A stretch of 64,000 bases of DNA from Octopus sinensis. Lineage: Eukaryota. Each line of letters opens with the position of its first letter. Position 1 is the first letter of the stretch. The position numbers were made by a program, and so were the translations under genes. Below the pieces are notes generated by a model. That model was not told the DNA's origin and searched no databases. It saw only the letters and a list, made by a program, of their open reading frames with translations. Shown here in pieces: positions 37,638 through 52,409 of this stretch. The DNA lies in contig NC_043000.1 of NCBI RefSeq assembly GCF_006345805.1, positions 62,124,001-62,188,000 of the forward strand. Direction: 5' to 3'.

Positions 37638-39113
37638 TTATTTATAGTTATAGGGGTTAATGCGCCAATACTAAAACAAGGAGACATATATTCGATTATA
37701 ACAAAGAACTCACTTTGCTATATATATTGTAACTATTGTTGCTTTGACGTAGGCCAGTTCTTATGAAATGTACCTAAAATCAAAAGCGTTCTAATTTAGA
37801 CCATCCTGTCGAATTTTAGAACATATCTTCAGATATTAAATAGGATTACTTTGCTTCAACAGTGTAATTTGAAAGACATTTGACTACTTTTCTAGCAAGT
37901 CGTGTGATTACATCGTTGCATCTCTCATTTGACATTTGCATAAGTATCTATACTTTGAAATAAAAATGTACATTCTTCGAACAATCCTAGATTAACCCTG
38001 TAACATTTAGTTTGAACTTAAAATATTTTCCATTTATACTAGATTTTATTAGAATATCCACTATCTATATTGTTATTTACGGAATAGAAACGATGTAAAG
38101 TTATATAGAGTAATCAATCCTGTCAATTGAGAATCAAAGGAATGAATAAAATTTCTCTTTTACAGTGGTGGGGATAAAACTTGAAAATTATTTCATTAGA
38201 TTAGGTTATAAATACCTTTAAAACAGAAACATTGAATTGATTAAAATCAATTTCCGTCCAAGATTTTCCGTTTTCTTAAAATACACAGATAATACTTTGG
38301 TTGTCGTCGATTCTACCATACTGTTCCTAGTATGGTTTAATAAGCAGTCAATATCCTACAAATACTTTTGATTTTACACTTTCTAAACTAGTGAATAGAG
38401 CATGTTAAGTTATCTACAAAATCCATTGAAATATATGATTGGAGTTCTAAGGCCTACATGAAACATGCACATTCAAATTCTGGTGGTGGAAAAATAAACA
38501 TAATGAGGATTTCTATATTAATCCATATAGTTATATGCATTTATTTCGAAGATGGAATTCTGGTAGAAACAAAGGAATGTTTTGTTAAATGAATTGCATT
38601 ATTTAGTTTTACCTCTCTGCACTCCTCAGTAACAATACATCGTCTCAGGTCAGTATACAGCTTGTTTCTAGTCCAATCAATTCAATCGTCATAAGATGAA
38701 ACTTGTAATAAGAAGCTGAAGCCACTAGCGAATTAAATCCACTTGGTGAAGTTTCAAGTTCTAGTGGAAGTTCAGTCTTTTCATTTCCTCTGTTAATGAC
38801 CCTATGGGAAACAAAACATCACAACTTCTTTTTCTTATTTTTCCGCATGTTTTGTGCCTGTCAAAAATTATTATAGACTAGATTTGAACACTAAAGAACT
38901 GAGATAAGTTGTTGATTACTAGCTTAACTTCTTTTGCATCGTTAGTTCCACTGGGAAGCTATGAATGTCATACAAAGCTACGGCTATAAACTCAGTGATG
39001 TGTGCATTGGTAACAAATCAATATTATTAATAAAGTGTATATAAGCAATTGTATATTTTCAAAACTGAATATTAACAATGTATTTAAAAGTTGAATTAAA
39101 ATAAAACGCCTAC

Positions 39114-39227
39114 CGGTTTTTGTGGGTTGGGAACAACTTGAATGCAATGATCAGATGGTGTTCGCCAACGGCCAGCTCGTCCTCTGGGTTTTCCAGCATC
39201 AAAGGTAAACATTTCCAATCGTAGACA
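39114..39227 (-). CDS. Candidate 114-nt coding exon, product unknown
   Basis: GC/CpG-richer than flanks. Acceptor ctgatactcag| and donor ccg|gtaggc. Two frames open (CLRLEMFTFDAGKPRGRAGRW... or VYDWKCLPLMLENPEDELAVGEHH...). Confidence 0.35.
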
Positions 39228-41794
39228 CTGAGTATCAGTAGAAACGATGATATTCACATATATTATCTAACTTGTGAGTCTTCTCTGCTTTGAATGAGAT
39301 CTTAAAATTTAGAATTTTATTTAGGCTAGTGTATGAAGAATGTCATATCTCCAATTTGCATGAGATTATTGCGAAACATCAGTTCAGCAATACCCTGATT
39401 GGTTATAATCTGAATTGTACTCTTTGCTCTACTATCCTCCTTATCCTCATTATTACTTTATGAAAATCAATATCCTTTGCATATTATTGAATGCTTTTCT
39501 CAGAAGAGACGATAAACACGAGAGCCAATTCTTTCATCAGCATGAACAACAGTCATAAAACTTTCTCCTTTCTAATTACTTACGTATGTTGTTGTTGTGT
39601 AAATTTATGCATATTTTTTGTAACCCTCGTTAAGAAAAAAATAAGAATTAGTTCAAATAAGTTTCCATGAATTTTCTTTCTCTCAAACTTCGGTTTGGTA
39701 GGGGTGTTATGTTTATTTTATTAAAGAGCAAATGCTTCTATCGTTTTCAAAGAATGAATGTAGTCATTGTTTTATATGTTACATTTTAAAAAGTAGCTTT
39801 CTTTTTCTGAAGACATTCTCTTTCCGTCTTTGTGAAGAAAATAATCGATGAGAATGGTCTGACAATCAACGATGTTGTAAGATCGGCAAAAGAAATCAGC
39901 TGCTAAACAGCATTTGTCTATCAGTTTTCAATAAATTCTTTTAGTGTCTCCCAGTAATATCTCGAATAAAATTATGTGCTGAAGCAGAAATACATCTTCA
40001 TAAGATTTTCCCGGTGCATGAGGTTAATGTCGAATTATTTCTGTTTACACAAAACGTAAAACTTTATCATATAACATCTAATAATTTTATATAATTTTAA
40101 AATCAGTTATCGCGATTGCAAGAACTTTATTAGTAACCTCTCTATAATTCTATTATGTAAACATATTTATTACATTTTTCGGAACGTTTTTAGTTCATAT
40201 AAATCCTCCAAGATAGATGATGGCAGAGATAACATAGAAATTATGAAAAAAATGTATCTCAGAAAGTTGAAAATTGCATTATTTCGAAAAAGTTTCAGAC
40301 ATAGTTAAACCTCGACCGAATTCTGAGAGCCAAATGATCATGTTGTCATTGATTTCTATTCAGTTAGTTTACATTACAGTCATTCTCCGTTGTTCGAATG
40401 ATTCTATTTACATTTTATAGAACAAAGACATAGTTTCTCGAGAGAAGTAGCTGAGAAACAAGAAGCCATATCTCTAGATTCTATCAATATGCTGCTATTG
40501 AAATTATCATTCAACTTCCTGAATTGTTTGAGTGTTTTGCTTCGAAACCTTAAATCTCTTGAGGATTATCGATAACTCTTTGAAAAACATTGCCATAGAC
40601 TATTCCATAGCACTCAACACAGTTTTTAAAAACAAAATTTCTATTCTACTATATGTTTTTTCAGTAGCAGCACTATTTGTATACATTGGCCGTGTTATAT
40701 GTTTTATTACTGTTATTTATGCCCAATACCTACTTAATTGATCACGAGTAGATATGAAAATATCATATCATTAAAAAGCTATAGCTGAAAGTACAATTAA
40801 CTGTTTTATATTTCACCGGAATATGTGCTTTCATTTTTGCCATTATGAGGTAATAGAAGATTTATTGTGGTATAGGTGGAAATCCCCTGAGTGAACACTG
40901 TGTCATATCAAAACTCCACCTTGGTCTTGTCTATCTAAAGCAAGTATTATCTCAACAATCGACCCTTAGCCCACTAGGTTAAAGCTCGATTAACTGCCAA
41001 TGTATGTATTGCCGCAGATTTCTTTTCCATTAATATTACTCCAGAATCCAATGACCCCATTCAGTGTTTTTCACGTATGCTGTATAAGAGGGGAAATTAC
41101 TCCAGGGATTATTTTCAGACCGAAAGGTTTCGAATATACAGTAATGTATTAAATATCATTGATTGTACAAGCATAAAATATTCTACATGACACTGCATTG
41201 CAATGTTCACCATTTTCGGTTATCAAGTGGAACTCAGAATTAAATGAAAGTCCTAAAAGACAATGTAGTGATAGCTTTTGTAAACTTCGATGACATACTA
41301 GTGGTTGACCAAGAGATCAAAGGCTTTCCTGTCAACACAAGCCTAACCTTTATTTAGTGTGCCTAGGACATTCTCTAGAAATTCATTGTATATTTATAAA
41401 GAGAGCATGAGATTTAAGGGAGAGTTAACTACGTCTGCTCAAATATCTTGGGTAACATAATCCAGAAAACTTTACTATATGTAACATATTCATTTATTCA
41501 CGCTGTTTTACACCATTAATTGTGAACAATAACGTATTTTGCTAAATGTTTCAAGAAAGCCAATCATTACGTCACAGTATTTCTGGCAGCAACAGTGACT
41601 ACGTAATGTCAAACTCAGTGTCTAATATATCAAGAAGCGTCATTTTAAAGCGAAGGTTACTTCTTTTGCTCATCCATATTTAAATCCTTTATAAATCTAC
41701 ATCAGCGAGAGATACACATACACAAACATACATGTGTGTACTTTAAAGTGTTCTAATTATTCGAATATATGGCACATTGACAATCAATCAACCA

Positions 41795-43172
<1,378 letters not shown>

Positions 43173-43223
43173 TATGTGTGTGTGTTTGTGTGTGTGTGTG
43201 TGCGTGTGTGTGGGTGTGTGTGC

Positions 43224-43264
<41 letters not shown>

Positions 43265-44359
43265 CATACATATATACATATATAATACATATATACAAAC
43301 ACGACATATCACTTATTGTTCAACCTGAGGATAAGGAATAAGACTCTTGTCTTCGGTGCCGCACAGCATTACCGATGAGGAATAACTAAAGTGCAATGTG
43401 AACTTCTTAATTAGCTTGAACCCAGGGCTCTAAGCAATCAGAAATCTAACAATTTATACAGTGGTTAATCCCTACATTAGTCATAAATTCTAACATCACA
43501 TTAGCTTCTGCATGGTTCTTCTAATTTCTAGAAATACCAACCAAATCACTATGAAAGTTGCACTCTACGATTCTTTACTAAAAGGAAGGACATACGGAAT
43601 AAAATTTGTCTAGGATAACCTATTTATAAAATTATTATTTACTGTTTGTATTATTCTTTGACCAGAGATCTGCCCAGCGTTTTCTAGGTTTACTTTTCGA
43701 TAACATCTGTTTACTGCAAATTGCACTTGACAACTAACAAAAAGTTCACTATCGTTGAAGATCAGCGTCAGTGAAAAGGTATGAAACATTGATTCATCAG
43801 CTGATAATCTAAAGTGCTATCGATTCATCATTTTGTTGTTCTGCCATTTTATAATTTATATTTTGAATCGAGTGATTTTTTCAGTAAACTGTAGTGAAAC
43901 ATGGTGTAAGAAGGCAAGTCATCTGACATTGTGACTAGGGTAGAAATATTATTCTTGTAGCTAGGTAATTCTTTCAGATAGGTAATACTATTTAAAGTAA
44001 CATAAAAGGCATACTTTGTTTCTGTTAAATGTAAAAATATCGCCTTTTTTTTCTTCTGAAATAATATTTTTCTTCGAGAACAAAAATGGATACGTTCCAG
44101 TTAACGTCAGTTGTTTTGTAACTTATTAATAACAGATGAGACAGAAATTACCGTTCTTTTTTCGCATTTCTCTATTCCAGATATCACTTCTTGAATTCCA
44201 CTACTATTTCGTTCAGTTTTGGGGGATTAAAGTATTGAGTCATGCATAATTATATTTTTCAATTTTCAATCTTTGATCTAACTTACCAGAACGTGTACAT
44301 TCAGCATGGGAAAACCTAAGATTAAGTGTGTGTGTGTGCGTGCGTGTGTGTGTGTGTGC

Positions 44360-44900
44360 GTGTGTGTGTGTGTGTATTAATCATCCAAACATTTCCACCA
44401 TTGTCTTTCATAAACTGGCTGTCTTCCACATCGTATTACTTCGCTTACACCAGTTCTTCTCTCCCCTACGCAATTTCTTCGCATCTATTTCTTTCATTGC
44501 CCAGCCGCACCAGATGGTTCGCTGCTTCACAAAAGTTGCTTATTTTCAACCCAACGTCGATTTTTTTTTATGCCAGCATGCCTGCGTTGTCGACAGTGTC
44601 TCATTCCAATGCCTTGAAACGAATATACCACCAAGTGACTTTTCTCCACAACCACGATTGTCACCTTACGTCTCTAATGCACTATCCTTCACCATTTCCG
44701 TTTCTTCCAATCTAATTCTGTTACATCCCACTTCTTCCATGAGTAATCTTATCGCTATCTTCTTCCAGATGCAACCACATTTTGCGTGATCTTCCGGATC
44801 ATAGTTTTTTCATCCTTTGCCACACTAACTGTGGATCCTTTACCTGCTCCCTCTTCTTCTGCAGCAGTAAACCATTCACATAAAGCATTACCACTCTACA
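44360..44900 (-). pseudogene. Possible decayed LINE AP-endonuclease remnant
   Basis: Frameshifted KWDVTELD, HLVVYS and DVEDSQF pieces in APE order; weak. Confidence 0.3.
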
Positions 44901-45077
44901 AGCATCATTTCAAATTTGTTCTATCTCTTGATAATATAACTCCAGTTACTGGGAGGTAACCTGAAATTAAAAGTAATCTGAAATCACTAGTAGTTGCATG
45001 CTAGTGGTGGTGGTTTGGAGGTGGAACTTTGGCGGTAGTTTTGCTGCTGGTGGTGATCAAGGAGAGATTTTGAGTCC

Positions 45078-45194
45078 ACCCCGAGAGGATGACAGGCAAA
45101 GTCGACCTCGGAAAAAATTCAACTCAGAATATAGACAGACGAAATGCGGCTAAGTATTGTGCCCGGCGCGCTAACGATTCTACCAGCTCGCCCC
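45078..45194 (-). mobile_element. Degenerate SINE family B head
   Basis: gcaaagtcgacctcgg...cccggcgcgctaacgattctaccagctcgcc. Confidence 0.75.
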
Positions 45195-45474
45195 ATTCAA
45201 TACAATACAAATATTGATAATTGTAATTGATCATTTTATCTTTATCCTTTTTCTGATGCACTATCACTGAAATCACAGCTTCGCCAACTGGCTGGTTGAT
45301 CGTATAATTGCTGATTACTAATGTCATAGAAGAGATAGTGACGAAAGTTTGCAGTTCTGTAAATGCATTTAAGCAAACACAACCAAGCAATTTGTCTGTT
45401 GTCTGTGGCATATATAGACATAGCAGTGTCAGATAAAGTGGTGTGTATGTATATATATATATATAATATATATA

Positions 45475-45506
<32 letters not shown>

Positions 45507-46286
45507 GTATGCATGTATGTATGTATGTATGTATGTATGTATGTATATGTGTGTATACATATATATATACATATATATATGTATGTTTGTGTGTGTGTAC
45601 ATGAATACACATAGACACACTCAGACACTCAGACATACAACATATACTTACACACAGATACAAACACACACATACACACACATACACACATATATATATA
45701 TATATATAGATAGATAGATAGATATAGATATATATATATATACACGCACACACACACACACATACATATATGGTTGTAATGATAAAATTAGTAATCGATC
45801 GAGTAACATCATTATGATGTTTGATTTAATATGAGACCATATTACTACGGAACACAAAATATAAAACGGTGATAGAAGAGTCTTTCTAATATTTTTTCTA
45901 GTCTCAAGTTATCAGATTTATATTTTTATGCGCTGGAAATACGTAAATTGGGACAAAGTCTGAGAAAATAGCTTGATGCTTTCTGGAAGTAGAATGAACA
46001 TCTAAATACAGTGTTAATTTAGCCAGTGTTTTTGCATAGGGGTAAAGACGTAAATGACAGAATACTTGAAATCGTGGAAGGAAACGACAAATAAGGTGTT
46101 GAGAATCGCTGAGTGAAAGGGTTCTTAATTGGCTGAAATCGTTGATAGAGAACAAAAGGTACACAAGCCTTTCAGTATTTGCAATCAATTCTTACATGAG
46201 CGATTAAATTCTTTAACTTACTTTAATATAAAAGGATTAATACACACAAATACATGCACTTGTGTGTGTGTTTGTATATTTGAAGA

Positions 46287-46405
46287 TGCATGACCTGGTG
46301 GTTAGGATGTTGCACTCATTATCGCAAGATGGTGGTTTCGATTCGGTGGTGCGTTGTATTCTTAAGCAAAGCATTTCCTTTCACGTTGCTCAGGGTAACT
46401 CTGAC
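46287..46405 (+). mobile_element. Degenerate SINE head type D
   Basis: gtggttaggatgttgcactc...ggtttcgattc...ttcacgttgctc. Confidence 0.6.
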
Positions 46406-47080
46406 ATAGACTAAACACTGCACCCAGGGAGAATGTTTGCCAGCTCACTTAGGCAACGAGGTGACATCATTCGAAAGCTAGTGAGGAAGTGATTTTGTCT
46501 GCTCTCACAACTAAATGCCTTTTTCCATCACTTCCAGTTTAATATTTAAGTCCATAATGCATTCACCAAGCGTTAGTTTATTTATCGACTACATAGAAAA
46601 TACATAGATAGGTTACATGGTAACCAATCTAATTGTTTCTTTTATTTTGTATTATTTCCGTCTAAATTTATCATGAAGTCGTAAGCCCGCATATATTTCT
46701 CTGCTCGTTTCGTATGGTACCTTCGTTGTATTTCACACAACTTTTATTATTACCCCTCTTGTTCGTAAGACCTTCTGTATTCTATGTTCGTTCGCTTTGT
46801 ATATTTCCGTTTCCTGCATGATCAATTACCTTGCTCTTGTTCATTTATCGACCATTTGTATGATCGCAATACTATAATACGACTGCTTGTAATTTGTGCA
46901 GCGGAAACGCGTATATATCATAAAGACCATCATAATATGGTGCACAAAAATTGTAAAATAAGAGAAAATAAGTTTTGAAGATGAACAAGTCTCCATGTTT
47001 ATATCATTATAATTATTGCTAATGTGTGTGTGTGTGCGCGCGTACGTGCGTGCGTGCGTGCGTGTGTGTGTGTGTGTGTA

Positions 47081-47136
<56 letters not shown>

Positions 47137-47244
47137 CTGTGTGTGTGTAATGTAACTGGGATAAAGCATTGTCTGATATTACCTGCTAGCCTTGCTCAAA
47201 TATGTGAAAGAGAATAGTGACATGTGCTTACTGATGTTGTTATA

Positions 47245-47411
47245 GTAACCTATCATATATATACATATATATATATATATACATTATATATATATACATA
47301 TATATATACATATATATATATATACATATATATACATATACATATATATATATATATATTATACATATATATATATATATAATACATATATATACATATA
47401 CATATATATAC

Positions 47412-47477
<66 letters not shown>

Positions 47478-47490
47478 TATATATACATAC

Positions 47491-47574
<84 letters not shown>

Positions 47575-47587
47575 TAATATATATATG

Positions 47588-47620
<33 letters not shown>
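47245..47620. repeat. Long (TA)/(TACA) microsatellite
   Basis: Direct reading. Confidence 0.97.
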
Positions 47621-47621
<1 letters not shown>

Positions 47622-47793
47622 AATTAAATTAGAGATAAAACCACTATTAGGCAACTGAAACAGTGATAGACATAAACCAATACATAAATAACAAAAAATA
47701 TAAATATAATTTATATAATAGTATATATATATTAATTTTTTCCTGTAAGTTTGGAGCCATACTCCCTATATTATTATTATTATTATTGATATA

Positions 47794-47862
<69 letters not shown>

Positions 47863-47954
47863 TGTATGTATGAATGTATGTATGTATATGTATATAGGAG
47901 ATAGACAATATAATGGAAACACCGTGTTAAATGGAAGTTTCTAAGTTTCTAACT

Positions 47955-48861
47955 TAATACATTTTTGGTGTACCTTAAACATCAGTCAAAGCATTAATAC
48001 ATCGAAAAATTGATTCGTGCAGATTCTGAACGATTTTTATGTTAAATTTTAATCATTCTTCAAATAAAACCTACTTCAGTTCTTTCAGTGACGATAGTGG
48101 AGGGAAGCAGATCTTCACTTTACTGCTCTAAAATGTCCCATAAAGGTTCGATTATATTGAATTCCGGCAGTTTTGAAGATTACTTGATGTGACAGCTGCA
48201 TTTTGTGCGTAAATTTGTAAAATTATTTGCCTTTTAAGTTGGTGATTTATCGTCCTGGTGGATTGTGCTACCACCATAGAACAAGGTTTGCATTATAGAA
48301 TGGACATAATCAGCCAAAATACTCAGATAATCCTTGGCGTTAATTCTACCATGTTGAACGACGAATAGGTTAGTGGAATTAGTCGATAAGGTTGTCCAAT
48401 TCATCTCAGGGCCGTTTCCATGCTTTTTGGTAAGGAGTCGAACATTTGGGATTGACGATTTGTTTGTGCTGCTTCAAACAAAAAACTCGTTCCGAAGTGG
48501 GAAAATGGGTGAATAATGATCCATCAGAGAAAATTATATTATTCCACTGAGCCATTGACTACATCTGATATTCTAGACACCGTTTTTCCAGAGTTGATGG
48601 AGAACAGGAGAGGCTTCGTAATTGCAACCCTTTATTGATATCCAGCTTTATGGAGCTAACGACGAATGATTTTGTTTACCGTGGCTGTGTGGTAAGTAGC
48701 TTGTCTACCAACCACATGGTTCCGGGTTCAGTCCCACTGCGTGGCACCTTGGGCAAGTGTCTTCTACTATAGCCTCGGGCCGACCAAAGCCTTGTGAGTG
48801 GATTTGGTAGACGGAAACTGAAAGAAGCCCGTCGTATATATGTATATATATAATATATATA

Positions 48862-48909
<48 letters not shown>

Positions 48910-49330
48910 TATATATATGTGTGTGTGTTTGTGTGTCTGTGTTTGTCCCTCTAGCATTGCTTGACAACCGATGCTGGTGTGTTCATGTCCCCGTTACTTA
49001 GCGGTTCGGCAAAAGATACCGATAGAATAAGTACTGGGCTTACAAAAGAATAAGTCCCGGGGTCGAGTTGCTCGATTAAAAAAGGCGGTGTTCCAGCATG
49101 GCCGCAGTCAAATGACTGAAACAAGTAAAAGAGTAAAAGAGTATAGGGTTGGGTAGTAGTTTAGCTCTACTGTCACTCTTGCAGCCATAGTTCGATAGTT
49201 TCCAGACACAATACGTTTTGGTGTTCTGCGTTCCCGCTCATTGAATTTTGCCATTCGTCGAGAATTATGCTTGCCAGAACTGGTTTTACTTTACTTTTGA
49301 AATGTTAACTTGATTCTGGAGACTGCACCT
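47955..49330 (-). pseudogene. Decayed Tc1-family transposase, split by a SINE at 48681-49141 (not in the ORF track)
   Basis: KTSSGKHNSRR..FNERERRT.KRIV, LHKAGY..RVAITKPLL, KKHGNGP.M.W, HGRINAKDYLSIL, HQDDKSP, NIIEPLWDILE and VQNLHESI.RCI appear in Tc1 order. Confidence 0.82.
48681..49141 (+). mobile_element. Young full-length SINE family A with internal (TA)(TG) tract
   Basis: gtggctgtgtggtaagtagc...ccttgggcaagtgtcttctactatagcc...gaaacaagtaaaagagtaaaagag. Confidence 0.95.
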
Positions 49331-49571
49331 CTCAAAATATTAAACCATTCAGTACTATTAATTATTGAAGTTCCATCCATCCACGCTCCAACAATTTGTC
49401 CTCTTTGAAAATGAAAAGTAAACGGCTCTACCACTAAGTACAAGGCACACATAATGCGTATCCAAATTTATACACTTATGAACACTTTTAAATTATATTG
49501 CCAATGCAAAAAATAGTTAAATGGAATGTTGTGCTTTCCTTACTTTTTAAGATGCCTATACATGAATACAT

Positions 49572-49887
49572 GTGGAGGCGCAATGGCCCAGTGGTTAAGG
49601 CAGCGGCCTCGCGGTCGAGGGATCGTGGTTTCGATTCCCAGACCGGGCGTTGTGTGTGTTTATTGAGCGAAAACACCTAAAGCTGCACGAGGCTCCGGCA
49701 GGGGGTGGCGGCGGCCCCTGTTGTACTCTTTCGCCCGACTTTCTCTCACTCTTCTTGTTTCTTGAGTAAAGCTGCGATGGACTGGCGTCCCGTCCAGCTG
49801 GGGTGAACACATACGCCACAGAAACCAGGAAACCGGGCCCATGAGCCTGGCTAGGCTTGAAAATGGGCGCATAAATAAATAAAAAAA
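49572..49887 (+). mobile_element. tRNA-derived SINE, head type C + tail type 1, 13-bp TSD
   Basis: ggaggcgcaatggcccagtggtt..tttcgattcccagaccggg head. TSD tacatgaatacat at 49559-49571 and 49888-49900. Confidence 0.92.
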
Positions 49888-50599
49888 TACATGAATACAT
49901 ACAGACAGATAGGCACACACAAATTCACACACTTGCAGACTCACACACACGAGCACAGACACATATTTAAAAGTGCAACAAACGTTCATTCCTAAGGTTT
50001 ACATCGATTGTAGATATAGAACACGCTTACCCAATGTGTTCCGGCAGTATTATTGAATGCAGATGTTTCTATTTGCTCAGATAACTTCTTAACCAAGTGA
50101 CCATGCCTGCGTTCATGTTTAGCCTTCATTAATCAACGAGAAAGAATCCATAATCAAAGGCAGAACATCCATACTTTTACAATACTGAATGTTATGTCTG
50201 TAGATTGCATTATCACATTCTATACAGACTGTTAGTAAAATATATTGCACTCTCTTAGGATTGGTCTTCTTTCGTTTACTTTTCCATCATTTGTATTTTG
50301 ATAAGTAGTGATTCATAATTTTTCTAAAAACTAAGAAGAAATATGATATAATAAATCAGTATCTTGATAAGAACTAGATTTCAAAATATTTTAGTATAAT
50401 ATTTATTTCTATCATTGGCTCATAGCCACAAACACTTCTGTGAGATTATAGGCAATTAAATCGACCGAAACACGTGACTGGTATTATATTATATTTTATC
50501 GAACACTAGATACAGCTCATATATTACGGAGGGTACTTTCAATACGCTACCTAAAATTGCACGCACACTTGTGGTCGTGTGTACTGGAATCACGCAGTG

Positions 50600-50717
50600 A
50601 ATAGTAGTAGTAGTAGTAGTAGTAGTATAGTAGTAGTAGTAGTAGTAGTAGTAGCATCAGCAGCAGCAGCAGCAGTAGCAGCAGTAGCAGAAGCAGCAGC
50701 AGTAGTAGTAGTAGTAT

Positions 50718-50765
<48 letters not shown>

Positions 50766-51370
50766 AGGCGCAATGGCCCAGTGGTTAGGGCAGCGGACTC
50801 GCGGTCCTAGGATCGCGGTTTCGATTCCCAGACCGGGCTTTGTGAGTGTTTATTAAGCGAAAACACCTAAAGCTCCACGAGGCTCCGGCAGGGATGGTGG
50901 TGATCCCTGCTGTACTCTTTCACCACTACTTTCTCTCACTTTTACTTCCTGTTTCTGTTGTACCTGTATTTCAAAGGGCCGGCCTTGTCTCTCTCTGTGT
51001 CACGCTGAATATCCTCGAGAACTACGTTAAGGGTACACGTGTCTGTGGAGTGCTCAGCCACTTACACGTTAATTTCACGAGCAGGCTGTTCCGTTGATCG
51101 GATCAACTGGAACCCTCATCGTCGTAACCGACGGAGTGCTTCCACACAGTAGTAGTAGCAGCAGCAGCAGCAGCTGCTGCAACAACAGTTGTGGTGGTGG
51201 TGGTGATGGTACTAGTAGTAGTAATAAAGAAGAAGAAGAAGAGAAGAAGAAGAAGAAGAAGAAGAAGAAGAAGAAGAAGGGGTAACAGGAGGAGGAGGTG
51301 GTGATGATGATGGTAGTGGTGGTGGTGGTGTTGTTGTTGGTGAAGTAGCAGCAGTAATAACAACAATAAC
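50600..51370. repeat. (TAG)/(CAG)/(GAA)/(GGT) trinucleotide arrays surrounding a SINE
   Basis: Direct reading. Confidence 0.92.
50762..51147 (+). mobile_element. tRNA-derived SINE, head type C + tail type 2
   Basis: Same first ~175 bp as 49572, then a different tail ending gtcgtaaccgacggagtgc. Confidence 0.92.
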
Positions 51371-51552
51371 ATCAAGTTGACTTTAGTAGAATTTGATCTT
51401 AAAACATAAAAGGGTGCTACAAAACACCGCAAGGCATTTTGCTCGACGACCTACCCATTTTGCAAACCCTCCGTTATTTTGTCGAATACTGATTTCTAAA
51501 TCACAGATCAAAAGAGCATATAAATCTGAGCATTAGTATAGCTGATTATATT

Positions 51553-52409
51553 TATCCAGACAGACGATACAAGGAAAACAAGGACGAATCATTCGGAGCT
51601 TTCTATCCTCAGTCGAGTTCCAGATTATCTTTGCAATTTAGGCTGGTTATACTTGAGATTGCTCCAATCTGGCCAGCCCTAAGATAAAAATAAGCTAAGA
51701 GCTTTACATTCCTTGGAAGAAAGCAGCGCGCATGTATACGAAAACAAGGACGAAAAAACCAACAGGAAATGTTACACAAATACAAATAACAGGATATAAC
51801 AACAGGCGTCTTTCGACTAAGGATGAATTAAATTAAATTAAGCCGGTGTGTGTGGAAATAAAGCCGTACGGCAGGGATTTAAAATTTAACAAGCACAGGA
51901 AGGAATATAGATGTTGCACGGACAGTAGTCCAACCAAGAACAAAAGGTGAGGCCTGGTCGAACACCGGTCACGTTGGGAGAGAAGAGGAAGATATGGAGG
52001 CAGAGGGATAGAAGAATTAAGGAGGGGCGAGAGAAAAATGAAAGAGACACAGTGAACTGGAAGAGGGAAAGTGAGTATGAAGAGAAGGCCAGGAAATGTC
52101 AGAAAGGAGGAACGAAAGAACGAAGAGTGGAATGAACGAAGTGTAAAACGGCTGATAGAAGGAAAGAATGAAAGAATACAAAGAACAATAGAGACCAAAG
52201 TGTACTACGCCCCTATATTTTATATATATATAGAAAATACTAAAATGGGATAAGAACACAAAACATCCAGACAGTTAGGTGAATCAAAAAAGGGACAACA
52301 AAATATCCAGACACACGATACAAGGAAAACAAGGACGGATCGTTCGGAGTTTTGTATCCTCAGTCGAGTTCCAGATTGTCTTTTCAATTTCTGCTGGTTG
52401 CACTCGAGA
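51553..52409 (-). mobile_element. Penelope-pLTR-like repeat with two direct copies of a ~100-bp block 751 bp apart
   Basis: gatacaaggaaaacaaggacg...tatcctcagtcgagttccagatt at 51566 and 52317. Class is inference. Confidence 0.55.

Noticed and set aside
44328-44789. 153-aa plus-strand ORF
   Set aside because: It starts in (TG)n, has no recognisable domain, and is probably the antisense of a decayed LINE fragment.
50028-50130. Minus-strand ATG-initiated frame ending at tgg|gtaagc (MKAKHERRHGHLVKK...THW)
   Set aside because: Only a donor motif and a short AT-rich frame; no homology recognised and no promoter evidence.
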